Source of the DNA: Candidatus Methanoperedens sp.
Lineage (GTDB): Archaea; Halobacteriota; Methanosarcinia; Methanosarcinales; Methanoperedenaceae
Assembly: GCA_027460535.1 (NCBI GenBank)
Contig: JAPZAR010000010.1
Span: 1-32,000, forward strand
DNA: 32,000 nt
Direction of reading: 5' to 3'
Shown here: piece after piece, positions 8,219 to 17,282 of the stretch
Layout: each line of letters begins with the position of its first letter
How positions within the stretch are numbered: the stretch's first letter is position 1
Made by a program: the position numbers and the translations under genes
Notes under the pieces: generated by a model
The model's database searches: none
What the model was told of the DNA's origin: nothing
What the model saw: only the letters and a program-made list of their open reading frames with translations

Positions 8219-8332
8219 GAAAGGAATGACGAAGCTCAATTTTGACCAAAGGTGTCTATGAAAATTACAGGTTTACGCTTCTAAAAGGCAGTTTACAGTA
8301 ACTGACCTTTTGGATATAAAAGGGAGGAAAAT

Positions 8333-9433
8333 ATGTTGAAAAAGAGGTTGGAAATGAGATTTCCTAAAAATGTGGGAACTACGGAAAGAATGGGAACAAC
8401 TGTTCGAAGCATTATCCCTCCGCATATGCTTAAGGAGCTCGCAAAGAGGGGAGATGATAAGCAGCGCGAAATGGCGTTAAGGCATTTGATGATATCCGAA
8501 AAGATACGCGGTCGGCGCGAAGCGTTCGGTGAATTCTATGTCGCAACGCCTGTGAGCGGCGTGAAGTGCCTGAATGTATATGACGCCAAGGAAGGACAGA
8601 CACTTCCAGGGGATTCGATCCAGGATCCGGGTAACGGCAGCGACCCGGCCGCAAAAGAGGCTTATGATGGCGCAGAAGCCACGTATAATATGTACAATGA
8701 TGTATACGGGAGGAACTCTATCGATGACAAGGGCATGTGCATAAACTCAAGCGTGCATTACGAGCAGGATTACGACAACGCTTTCTGGGACGGGCGGCAG
8801 ATGGTCTACGGCGATGGCGACGGGAAATTATTCAATCGGTTTACTATATCCATAGACGTGATAGGGCACGAATTGACACATGGCGTTACCGAAAATGAGG
8901 CAGGGCTTGTTTATTCATACCAGCCTGGCGCGCTGAATGAATCAATATCTGACGTCTTCGGTTCTCTCGTGAAACAGCGCTCGCTCAACCAAACAGCTGA
9001 TGAGGCAGACTGGCTTATCGGTGAAGGTCTTTTTACCTCAAGCGTAAATGGCAAAGCTCTGCGCTCGATGAAAGATCCGGGAACCGCCTATGATGACCCG
9101 AAGCTCGGCAAGGACCCGCAACCCGGGAATATGAAGAATTTCAAGAAGTTGCCTCAATCAGAAGATAACGGAGGAGTGCACATAAACTCAGGGATACCGA
9201 ACCGTGCATTCTGCATGACCGCAATCGAGATCGGTGGAAATGCTTGGGAAGAGGCAGGGAAGATATGGTATATCACAATGAGGGACAGACTCAGGCCCCA
9301 ATCCAATTTCCAGGATGCTGCGAACAAGACCTTCCAGGTGGCGGGGGTTGTGTTCGGCGCAGGGAGCAAAGAGCAGGGAGCTGTGAAAAAAGGCTGGGCA
9401 GCGGTCGGGATCAATGTGAGTGCAAAGAAATAG
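8333..9433 (+). CDS. Thermolysin-family (M4) zinc metallopeptidase, protealysin-like subtype
   Basis: The motifs are VIGHELTHGV (HExxH), GALNESISDVFG (third zinc ligand Glu) and GGVHINSGIPNRAF. It has a short N-terminal propeptide with IIPPHMLKELA and no signal peptide, as in protealysin-like proteases. A strong GGGAGG lies 7 nt before the ATG. Confidence 0.9.
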   Translation: MLKKRLEMRFPKNVGTTERMGTTVRSIIPPHMLKELAKRGDDKQREMALRHLMISEKIRGRREAFGEFYVATPVSGVKCLNVYDAKEGQTLPGDSIQDPGNGSDPAAKEAYDGAEATYNMYNDVYGRNSIDDKGMCINSSVHYEQDYDNAFWDGRQMVYGDGDGKLFNRFTISIDVIGHELTHGVTENEAGLVYSYQPGALNESISDVFGSLVKQRSLNQTADEADWLIGEGLFTSSVNGKALRSMKDPGTAYDDPKLGKDPQPGNMKNFKKLPQSEDNGGVHINSGIPNRAFCMTAIEIGGNAWEEAGKIWYITMRDRLRPQSNFQDAANKTFQVAGVVFGAGSKEQGAVKKGWAAVGINVSAKK

Positions 9434-9452
9434 TAATTAAAGGATAAGGATT

Positions 9453-9761
9453 GTGGATGACAGTATGTTGATTCATCTGGAACGAAGTGGCGGCTTTGCG
9501 GGTATACGGACAGAGGTTACGCTGGATACCGAATCGCTCCCTGCTGAGGAAGCCAAAAAGCTGCTGGAATTGCTGGAATCAGCCGATTTTTTCAAGATGC
9601 CGGCAAAGTTCGCGCCCCCGAAACGAGGTGCGGATTACTTCCAGTACAGCCTTACGGCTAAAATTGAAGGTAAAGAGCATACAGTCGAGTTGAGTGAACC
9701 GTCTGTCCCAGAGAATCTCAAGCCGCTTCTTCGATCCCTGATGAAGTATGCAAAAAAGTGA
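9453..9761 (+). CDS. Emfourin-like proteinaceous inhibitor of protealysin-like M4 peptidases
   Basis: The gene starts 19 nt after the M4 stop. It has the hallmark N-terminal ERSGGFAGI motif, then ...D...LP.EEA..L..L....FF..P, then GADYFQY.L....G..HTV. The start is either GTG at 9453 or in-frame ATG at 9465 (MLIHLERSGG). Confidence 0.75.
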   Translation: MDDSMLIHLERSGGFAGIRTEVTLDTESLPAEEAKKLLELLESADFFKMPAKFAPPKRGADYFQYSLTAKIEGKEHTVELSEPSVPENLKPLLRSLMKYAKK

Positions 9762-9784
9762 AGGTAATGGATTCATCGTGTCAT

Positions 9785-10672
9785 TTACTTTCCAAGCAGC
9801 TTGCATGTCTTGCATATGCTCTCGCTGCTTGGTTCAGCGCATATTTCGCATTGCTTTATCGGTGTGCCTGCCGAGCGCAGCGATTCCGAGATAGCCTCAA
9901 ATCCCGCGAGCAAAGAATATTTTGTTCCGGGATGTTTTATCTCATAATTATTTATCATCCCGCGAATCTCATTACGAAGCGCCTGCCCGGCATACGGGCA
10001 TTCATCCGTGCTCAGGGGCAGCTTATTTAAGAACCCGTAGAGAGCCACCTCTTTTTCAGGGATGCTTCGAAGCGGCTTGATCCTCAGAACCAGGCCGGGC
10101 TGCATTTCCCCTGACATTCTTTTCAGCCTATCCACATCCCCCCGCAGGTAGTTCATCAGAATGGTCTGGGATTCATCATCCAGATTATGACCCATAGCCA
10201 GCTTATCTGCGCCGAGTTCTCGAGCGGCTCTGTTCAGGAGGTTTTTCCTCAGCACTCCGCACGGAGTACAGGCAGCATGTTCATTTTTGCGGGTAAGCTC
10301 ATCAAGAGTTATGCCGAAACCTTCCTTGAATGATTTTATCGTGAGAGGAATTCCAAGTTCGTTGGTGAGATTTACAGCGTGTTCAAGCGTATGTTCCCTG
10401 TATCCATGGATCCCTTCATCGATCGAAATGGCAAAAATTTCGAGGTCTTTCCTATTTTGAAAGATCTTATTGAGGACGTAGAGAAGAACAGTGCTATCCT
10501 TTCCACCGCTCAATGCGACAGCGATCCTTTCCCCCTTTCCGACCATTCTGAATTTCCTGATATCCCGCTTGACCTTTCTTTCCACATCCTCGATAAAATG
10601 TACTTTGCACAGGTGGGCATTGGAGTATTTCTGGAATAAGACCGCTGTTTTATTACATCGCTGGCATTTCAT
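9785..10672 (-). CDS. tRNA 2-thiolation PP-loop ATPase (NcsA/TtuA/Ctu1-like)
   Basis: The protein has an N-terminal CxxC...C..H zinc finger (MKCQRCNK...HLCKVH), the PP-loop SGGKDS, a central C..C (AACTPCG) and a C-terminal CEIC...CKTC pair. Confidence 0.85.
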   Translation of the reverse strand: MKCQRCNKTAVLFQKYSNAHLCKVHFIEDVERKVKRDIRKFRMVGKGERIAVALSGGKDSTVLLYVLNKIFQNRKDLEIFAISIDEGIHGYREHTLEHAVNLTNELGIPLTIKSFKEGFGITLDELTRKNEHAACTPCGVLRKNLLNRAARELGADKLAMGHNLDDESQTILMNYLRGDVDRLKRMSGEMQPGLVLRIKPLRSIPEKEVALYGFLNKLPLSTDECPYAGQALRNEIRGMINNYEIKHPGTKYSLLAGFEAISESLRSAGTPIKQCEICAEPSSESICKTCKLLGK

Positions 10673-10718
10673 GTATCGGGATAAAATGCTATGCTTTTAT
10701 TAATAATCTGTCATAACC

Positions 10719-12566
10719 TTAATTATGCCCCGGGCGCAAAGTTACAATGGAAGGATTTTCCATTATCCTGTATCCTTCATCCATGTCTTTTCCTATTTTG
10801 ACATCTCCCTTCCGCCCGACTGTGGCGGTAAAAAGATAATCCTCCCCGCTATACACATCCACAGTTTGACCCGATAATTCTGCCACATTCAGAATCACAA
10901 ATTTTTTTGTTCTCTCCACTCTTGGGATGAAACTTGAGATTCCGCTCTTCCTTTCAACTGTCTTTTTACCTTTTTCCGTGCGTTCTCTCTCGCGGATCTC
11001 CAGATGAATACCCAGCCTTTTCTCGATCTGATCAATATTCTTTCCACCCTTCCCTATAACACCGGGGATATCTTCCTCATCCATATATACTGTAGCGGAA
11101 GAATCGGAATCAACTTTTACGTCCACGGAGCCGCGGGTGAACTTCTGAATCTCTTTCCTCATGGCATCTGCGGCAAGTGTCCAGGTGCCTGGCCTTTTTT
11201 CTTTAATTTCGCTTACAGGCATCACTACGACCTGTTCCCCGTAGGTGTATATTTCATATTCAACACTCCATGTCTCGAAATCTGCCACTGTTATCACAGG
11301 CCTGGCCAGATCCTGTTCCACCATCCCGCTCGGAACTTTCACCGTGAATTCAATATCGTATACCTTTGCAACTTCCCCCTTTTCAATAAAAATAACGGTA
11401 TCCACGACCTGGGGTATGATCCCGAGTTCAACGCGCCCTATCAGTCTCTGGATCGCATCCACTGCTCTCGTGGCATGTACCACGCCTATCATTCCTACGC
11501 CTGCCATCCTCATATCTGCGAAAACATGGAAATCCTTTGTTTTCCTGACTTCATCATATATCGTATAATCTGGTCTAACGAGTAGCATAATATCAGCTGT
11601 TTTTTCCATGTCGCGCTCTAATGGTGCGTACTGGGTTATGGCGTCAGAAACCTGCAGATCGCGCGGTGATTCCATAGTTTTCACGATAAAATCCTGCTTG
11701 TGAAGGAATTCTGCAAGACTGGCAGCAAAAGTGGATTTTCCTGCGCCGGGTGGGCCGGCGACAAGGATTCCCCTCTGCTTTTCCACAATTCTATCCTTAA
11801 GTTCCTTCCCGAGCCTGTAATCATCAAGGCGCACCACTGCAATCGGTCTTACTGCCGTTATTTCCATTCCGTCTGAAAACGGAGGCTGGGCCACAGCTAT
11901 GCGCATTGAACCTATCTGTAACACTGTTGCACCGGAATAATCTATCTCCAGAAACGAGTCAGGGTCACGCTTCGTCCTCTCTATTAATTCTCTGGTTATT
12001 GCATGAAGCTCTGTTTCCGTGCAAACCTCATTCCGGATTTTCATGAGTTTTTGTTTTCCTACCGACCCTCTTTTTGCCATTGGAGGGACATTGACCTTTA
12101 GATGGATTGAAAGAGTATCTTCAGTGAAAAACCTGTTTATGCTGAGTTCTTTTAACTCTTCCATTCTTGGATACAGATATTCCACATTCAATCCTTTTGC
12201 ACGGGCGACCTCTGCCTGCACTTTATCGCTGGTAATGAAAATCGCATTGTTTTCCACAGCTACGGCGCGAATAATGGCATCGATCTCACCGGAAGAAGCA
12301 AGTTTTATTTGCTCAAGAGATGGCCTTTTCCCGGTGAATTTAAGCTTTATCTCATCTTTTTTTGCCATCTCGCTGAGTTCTTTTAACTCGTCAAGCCCCT
12401 TAAAACCAATTTCTTTACCCTTGTTAGCCTGCGCTTCCAGCTCCGCTATCAACGCTTCAGCAATGATCACGGTCGCAGGTTTATATTCGCCTGCCTTTAA
12501 TTTTGAGGTAATCCTCCCATCAATGATAACGCTTGTGTCAGGAACAATACAAGACTCATCTGTCAT
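10719..12566 (-). CDS. PIN domain - PilT-like ATPase - KH domain protein (conserved archaeal COG1855-type)
   Basis: The domains are an N-terminal PIN (VPDTSVIIDGRI...FITSD), Walker A GPPGAGKST, and a C-terminal KH-like segment (VIGKGGKNIDQIEKRLGIHLEI). ATG at 12566 (MTDESCIVPDTS) is preferred over the track GTG at 12581. Confidence 0.85.
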   Translation of the reverse strand: MTDESCIVPDTSVIIDGRITSKLKAGEYKPATVIIAEALIAELEAQANKGKEIGFKGLDELKELSEMAKKDEIKLKFTGKRPSLEQIKLASSGEIDAIIRAVAVENNAIFITSDKVQAEVARAKGLNVEYLYPRMEELKELSINRFFTEDTLSIHLKVNVPPMAKRGSVGKQKLMKIRNEVCTETELHAITRELIERTKRDPDSFLEIDYSGATVLQIGSMRIAVAQPPFSDGMEITAVRPIAVVRLDDYRLGKELKDRIVEKQRGILVAGPPGAGKSTFAASLAEFLHKQDFIVKTMESPRDLQVSDAITQYAPLERDMEKTADIMLLVRPDYTIYDEVRKTKDFHVFADMRMAGVGMIGVVHATRAVDAIQRLIGRVELGIIPQVVDTVIFIEKGEVAKVYDIEFTVKVPSGMVEQDLARPVITVADFETWSVEYEIYTYGEQVVVMPVSEIKEKRPGTWTLAADAMRKEIQKFTRGSVDVKVDSDSSATVYMDEEDIPGVIGKGGKNIDQIEKRLGIHLEIRERERTEKGKKTVERKSGISSFIPRVERTKKFVILNVAELSGQTVDVYSGEDYLFTATVGRKGDVKIGKDMDEGYRIMENPSIVTLRPGHN

Positions 12567-12675
12567 AACAAATAGATACACATCATAAAGCTAAAAATGT
12601 TCTGGCTTCGACCTAAAATTTCCCGCCTATAAGTACATCATAAAAGATAAGTAGTTTGATTGCGATTTAAAGCCC

Positions 12676-12748
12676 AGTCCCGTAGGGTAGTGGTCAATCC
12701 TTCTGGCCTTTGGAGCCGGAGACGACGGTTCGAATCCGCCCGGGACTA
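12676..12748 (+). tRNA. tRNA-Gln (anticodon UUG)
   Basis: The cloverleaf was folded by eye. The acceptor stem is AGTCCCG/CGGGACT. The anticodon stem is CTGGC/GCCGG with loop CTTTGGA. The T arm is GACGG-TTCGAAT-CCGCC with one A-C mismatch. The discriminator is A. CCA is not encoded, and an oligo-T tract follows. Confidence 0.85.
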
Positions 12749-12850
12749 TTTTTTTACTGATTTTACGCTATATTTGTCAATGCAAAAATGTGAGCATTAC
12801 CATAATAACCATAAGAAAGGATAAATATTAATATATCATTAAGTATAGCT

Positions 12851-14428
12851 ATGGGATTTTCCGACTTTATACTAGGAAAAAAGAAAAGCAATCCAGACAA
12901 TGCGGTCAAAAACATGGAATCACCGAAACAGAAGGCGATTCCGGAAAAGATGAGCGACAAGTCCGGTGGCAATGGTACAGACTCAGCTAACACTTGGGGC
13001 AACAAGGGCAATACTCTGGTTGAAAGCAGCATGTATGCAGAAGCGATCCAGTGTTTTGATAAAGCCCTTGAGATAAATCCAAGATCAGCGGAGATATGGA
13101 ATAATAAAGGCCTTGCGCTGGCTAGAACCGGTAGATTTGCAGATGCTATCAAGTGTTATGACAAGTCCCTGGAGCTTAAGCCTGGGGACGGAGAAGTGAT
13201 TTATAATAAGGGAGTGACCCTGGCGCAGCTTGGGCAGACTTCCGAGGCAATAGCGTGTTATGACAAGCTTTTGGAGATGAATCCTCGCGACGCAGATGCC
13301 TGGTGCAGTAAAGGTGATGTGCTGTTTGAGAGTAACAATTTTGAAGAAGCTCTTCGTGCATATGATAAATCCATAGAGATCGACCCGAAGGATGAGACTG
13401 CATGGAATAACAGGGGATTGACGCTTGTAAAGCTTAACCGCCTGCCTGAGGCTGTTGAATCTTATGACAAAGCCCTTGAGATAAATCCAAAAGTCGAAAA
13501 GATATGGAGCAACAAAGGGCTTGTCATTGCAAGAATGAGGGAAAACGAAGAAAAAGTTGATTTGCTGAAAATCGCAAGTACAATGCCAGCGGAGGATAAG
13601 GTTACTTCGTCCCTCCAGCCAAAACCGGTTGAAAAAGTTAATGCAATACCTGAAAAGCATAAAATGGAATCGGATCCATTTGTTGGCGGACCGGAACCAG
13701 ATGAAAATACAATAACTGATTTAAAATCTTTAATTTTAGATCCCGCACCTGTGGTAAATTCAGATCCTTTGATCTCAAAGCGCCCAGATCAACCATCCGA
13801 AATTTTTTCTGATAAACGCGACCCAAAACCCATGCAAGCGAATGAGAATTCAAGCTCATCTGCTCCTTCCAAGAATGGTTTGGAAAAAGTAGTTGTCCGT
13901 GTTGGGGAAGATGAAGATAAGATATCTGTTATCAGGGCGGACCAGGTCGGGCAGGATGTCCAATCAGTTAATATCAAAACCAAACCCCTGCAGCATGAAA
14001 GTAGTGGCCCATCAAATGTCAAAAAATCGGATGAAAATCTTGTCCTGGGAAACGCCATGTATTCCAAAGGCCAGTATCAGGATGCAATAGAATATTTCAA
14101 TAAATCGCTTCAGATAGACCCTGAAAATAATACTATCTGGAACAATAAAGGGCTTGCTCTTGCCAAGCTAGGAAAAATCGATGAGGCCATCGAATGTTAT
14201 GATAGAGCGCTTCGGATTAAATCAAAGGATTACGTTGTCTTGAACAATAAAGGTGGGGCCCTATATAAGAAAGGACAGGTTCAGGAAGCACTCGTTTGCT
14301 ATAAATCCGCCTTTTCGTTGAATCCGGAAAGTAAGGCTGCGATGCGAGGGATGGATATCTGCCTGAAATCTATTAATTCCGGGAAACCGAGCGAAAATAA
14401 ATCGGCGGATGGTACAAATCAAAAATAA
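12851..14428 (+). CDS. TPR repeat protein: two TPR blocks separated by a low-complexity linker of about 170 aa
   Basis: 34-aa TPR units recur (W.NKG.AL...G...EAI.CYDKALEI.P) at about residues 45-235 and 400-500. The middle is rich in Pro, Ser, Asp and Glu. Confidence 0.85.
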   Translation: MGFSDFILGKKKSNPDNAVKNMESPKQKAIPEKMSDKSGGNGTDSANTWGNKGNTLVESSMYAEAIQCFDKALEINPRSAEIWNNKGLALARTGRFADAIKCYDKSLELKPGDGEVIYNKGVTLAQLGQTSEAIACYDKLLEMNPRDADAWCSKGDVLFESNNFEEALRAYDKSIEIDPKDETAWNNRGLTLVKLNRLPEAVESYDKALEINPKVEKIWSNKGLVIARMRENEEKVDLLKIASTMPAEDKVTSSLQPKPVEKVNAIPEKHKMESDPFVGGPEPDENTITDLKSLILDPAPVVNSDPLISKRPDQPSEIFSDKRDPKPMQANENSSSSAPSKNGLEKVVVRVGEDEDKISVIRADQVGQDVQSVNIKTKPLQHESSGPSNVKKSDENLVLGNAMYSKGQYQDAIEYFNKSLQIDPENNTIWNNKGLALAKLGKIDEAIECYDRALRIKSKDYVVLNNKGGALYKKGQVQEALVCYKSAFSLNPESKAAMRGMDICLKSINSGKPSENKSADGTNQK

Positions 14429-14635
14429 GCTATAATTCAACCCGGAACTCCAATTCTCTCAACATCCTTAATAGGGTACTGTCTCGCGAAAATACTACAG
14501 ATGTAACTGTTTTTTGAGTTAAGTTTAAGCCGGGTTTGCATTCCTGCCGTCCATTATAATGTAGATTTGAATATGCATTATTATCATGGTTAGCTTTATT
14601 ATATAACAGTAATAAAAGTAATCCGAAGAAAAGAA

Positions 14636-15439
14636 ATGGCAGCAGCAAAAAAGGCAGGTTCGGCTCAAACTCTTATATCACAATCCCAGGAGGTTCAGCC
14701 AAGCTCTTCGATCGCTGAAATTGTTCCGAAACAGGTCAATCGATCTACAGCGATCCCTATATTAGATCGTACCCTGGGAGGTGGATTACCATCGGGTGCG
14801 GTCGTATACATATTCGCGGATGCAAAATCCATGGCTGAAGTTTTCCTTTATCAGTTCACACAGGCACGAAAAACATATTATTTTTCAAACGAAAGGCATC
14901 CGAAGTACATATTGCGTGACATCAAGAATTATGGTTTCAAGACGGACAATATTAAATTCGTTGATATCTACAGTGCGTATTATCTTACGGCTCATGGAGA
15001 GATGGTTGACAATGTTGGAAATGAATTCGTCGATGCCAAGATTGTTGAATTCACTGAATCAAACGTAAAAAAAATTATGACGGAAGGAGAAGGGGAAATG
15101 GATATAAATCTGATCTTCGACTCCTTTTCCTTTTACCTGAACCTCAAAGTCAATCCGGGTATAATCAAGAGACTCATCAATGTGATATACGAAGTGACAA
15201 AAGACCTGAACTGCCTGTCTTTCTTATACGGCCTCAAAGATACTCATGAAAGGAACCTTGAAAACGAGATAATGAAATCCTGCGATGCAATATTCGAGGT
15301 AGACCTTGACAAGGATTCGGAGAAGCTATCAAGCCGCCTGTCAATGCCCAAATTGAGAGGCAGGACCCCCGCATCGGAGATGCTGAAGTTCAAGGTGGGA
15401 GAAGGTATCCAGATCGATACCACGAAAGATATCGCCTGA
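14636..15439 (+). CDS. KaiC/RecA-superfamily (COG0467-like) protein with a degenerate Walker A motif
   Basis: The entry motif is typical of KaiC-like proteins: IPILDRTLGGGLPSGAVVYIF. The expected GxxGxGK[ST] is replaced by ADAKSMAEV. The C-terminal pattern (CDAIFEVDL....SRLSMPKLRGRTP.....FKVGEGIQID) matches the KaiC-like fold. Confidence 0.6.
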   Translation: MAAAKKAGSAQTLISQSQEVQPSSSIAEIVPKQVNRSTAIPILDRTLGGGLPSGAVVYIFADAKSMAEVFLYQFTQARKTYYFSNERHPKYILRDIKNYGFKTDNIKFVDIYSAYYLTAHGEMVDNVGNEFVDAKIVEFTESNVKKIMTEGEGEMDINLIFDSFSFYLNLKVNPGIIKRLINVIYEVTKDLNCLSFLYGLKDTHERNLENEIMKSCDAIFEVDLDKDSEKLSSRLSMPKLRGRTPASEMLKFKVGEGIQIDTTKDIA

Positions 15440-15487
15440 GTGCAAATGCGGATACTTCAGGTTTCAATATCTGTGGAAATATATCTC

Positions 15488-16087
15488 TTATACCACAGGT
15501 TTTGAACGGGCTATCCGTATCATATTACCGTTGATTGCACCATATTTGTGCCTGAGTTCTGAATATTTATATTCCAAGAATGCACTTAATTCAGGATGTG
15601 CTGTAGCTTTTATATATTCATCAGTAAAGATATTAATAATATTGTCATATTTTTTTCGCGAACTGCCGTGGGCGTAATTCTTACCTGAAAATCGTCTAAC
15701 ATCCCCATTAAATAATGGCGAGATATGATATAATTCATGCAACACGGTCGCAAGTTTGTTCTTATGATCTTTATGATTGAGGAAACGGGGTAAGTGGAAA
15801 TATACTATATATAGAATGTCTTTTCCATTAATGTTTACTTCAGGCGTGATGTATTCAATCCCGCGATGTACTCTGGTTTTTGACCCGCCTTCATATCTCA
15901 TGGGCCGCATTTTTGCGACAACACCATTCCTGCTTCCATTTGAGGGAGATATCGCAATAAGAATATTATTCAGCTGAATATGACTGAAAGAAGGGTGGGT
16001 TTTAGCAATATCCTCCACAAGAAGGGTCATGTTGCCAGTAAAGTCAAAACCCTCTGGATTATTTTTGTCTGAATTTCCTGGCCGCAT
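15488..16087 (-). CDS. HExxH-motif putative metallopeptidase/metallohydrolase
   Basis: The 199-aa product contains LATVLHELYHISPLFNGDVRRF, an HExxH zinc-binding motif. Its 5' end overlaps the last 29 nt of pgk in another frame. An alternative start at ATG 16030 (MTLLVEDI) would remove the overlap. Confidence 0.5.
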   Translation of the reverse strand: MRPGNSDKNNPEGFDFTGNMTLLVEDIAKTHPSFSHIQLNNILIAISPSNGSRNGVVAKMRPMRYEGGSKTRVHRGIEYITPEVNINGKDILYIVYFHLPRFLNHKDHKNKLATVLHELYHISPLFNGDVRRFSGKNYAHGSSRKKYDNIINIFTDEYIKATAHPELSAFLEYKYSELRHKYGAINGNMIRIARSKPVV

Positions 16088-17282
16088 CCTTCAATGCCTC
16101 GATCCCCGGGAGTTTTTCTCCTGCTAAAAAATCAATGCAAGCGCCGCCGCCAGTGCTCACATGGGAGAATCTACTGGAAATTCCCATCTGTTCTGCGGCA
16201 GCAGCGATATGCCCCCCGCCAATGACAGAGAATCCTGATTTTGCCCCGGCTTTCATGAGCTCATGAGTTCCAAGGGCAAACGCCTCTTTTTCAAATACTC
16301 CTGCAGGGCCGTTCATAACCACTGTTTTTGCGGAGCTTATTTCGCGCGAAAATTTGATCATTGTTTCGATACCTATGTCGTGAATTGGCAGCTCGGTTTT
16401 CAGATTTTGGACTTTTTCTTCCACACGTTTCTCATTTTTATTCAATGCCACATCCACTGGCACCCCGATATTTTCCCCGAAGCGGGAAAGAAGTTCGCGG
16501 GCTATGTTTATCTGATCGTTATAACCCTGTTTTTCAATAAAGCTCAAATTCAAGGGCCCAATGTTCACCCCAGATGCGGCAAGGAATACATTGGCTACGA
16601 CACCTGTGACCAGGACCCTGTCGGCACATCCCCTTTCAAGCACATTCTTTGTGACCTTGATGGAATCGTCCACCTTCGTGCCCCCGAGCACATATATGCA
16701 GGGGCGTTCGCCGCAGGATAAGCCTTTGTTCAGCGAGTCTATTTCCTTTTCCATGACCCTTCCCGCGATGCTCGGCAGAACCTCAGTGAAACCTGTAACA
16801 GAAAGATGGGACCTGTGGGAAACAGAGAAGGCATCATTTATGAAAATATCGCAAACCGGAGCAAGCTTTTTTACCATATGGGTTCTGGTATGTTCTTTAG
16901 GAGCACGCTCAAGGGATTCTTCTGAATAGAACCGGGAATTTTCAAGCAGCAGGATGTCCCCATTGCTCATCCCATTTATGGATTCGACAGCATGGGAACC
17001 AAATATGTCATCGATATAATCTATGTTCCTGCGCATTAATTTTGACAAAAGTTTTGAATGCGGTTCCAAAGTGGTAAAATCGCTTTTACCCGGGCGGCTC
17101 TGATGGGACAGGATGACGACTTTAGAATCTTCCAGCCCTCTCAAAGTTGTAATGTGGCTTCTGAACCTGCTATCGTCGAGTATGATCCCTGTGGGATCCA
17201 TCGGCGAGTTCAGATCCAGCCTGCATAAAACAGTCTTCCCCTCAGTATCAACGTCGTCAAGCGTAAGATAATCCCGAATCAT
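16059..17282 (-). CDS. pgk: Phosphoglycerate kinase (archaeal type)
   Basis: The 407-aa product is PGK-like along its full length: LDDVD..GK.VL.R.DLNSP, SHQSRPG, NDAFS..HR.H.S, GG.K..DSI, ...GP.GVFE...F..GT, STGGGA. Confidence 0.95.
   Translation of the reverse strand: MIRDYLTLDDVDTEGKTVLCRLDLNSPMDPTGIILDDSRFRSHITTLRGLEDSKVVILSHQSRPGKSDFTTLEPHSKLLSKLMRRNIDYIDDIFGSHAVESINGMSNGDILLLENSRFYSEESLERAPKEHTRTHMVKKLAPVCDIFINDAFSVSHRSHLSVTGFTEVLPSIAGRVMEKEIDSLNKGLSCGERPCIYVLGGTKVDDSIKVTKNVLERGCADRVLVTGVVANVFLAASGVNIGPLNLSFIEKQGYNDQINIARELLSRFGENIGVPVDVALNKNEKRVEEKVQNLKTELPIHDIGIETMIKFSREISSAKTVVMNGPAGVFEKEAFALGTHELMKAGAKSGFSVIGGGHIAAAAEQMGISSRFSHVSTGGGACIDFLAGEKLPGIEALKDAARKFRQK

Noticed and set aside
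11004-12588. ORFs of 193, 107 and 189 aa on the + strand
   Set aside because: They are antisense to the PIN-ATPase-KH gene, which has clear Walker A and KH motifs. Their translations look like codon-shadow artefacts.
13085-13660. A 191-aa ORF on the - strand, and also 12763-13152 on the - strand
   Set aside because: They are antisense to the TPR gene, whose 34-aa repeat periodicity is unmistakable. They have no recognisable motifs.
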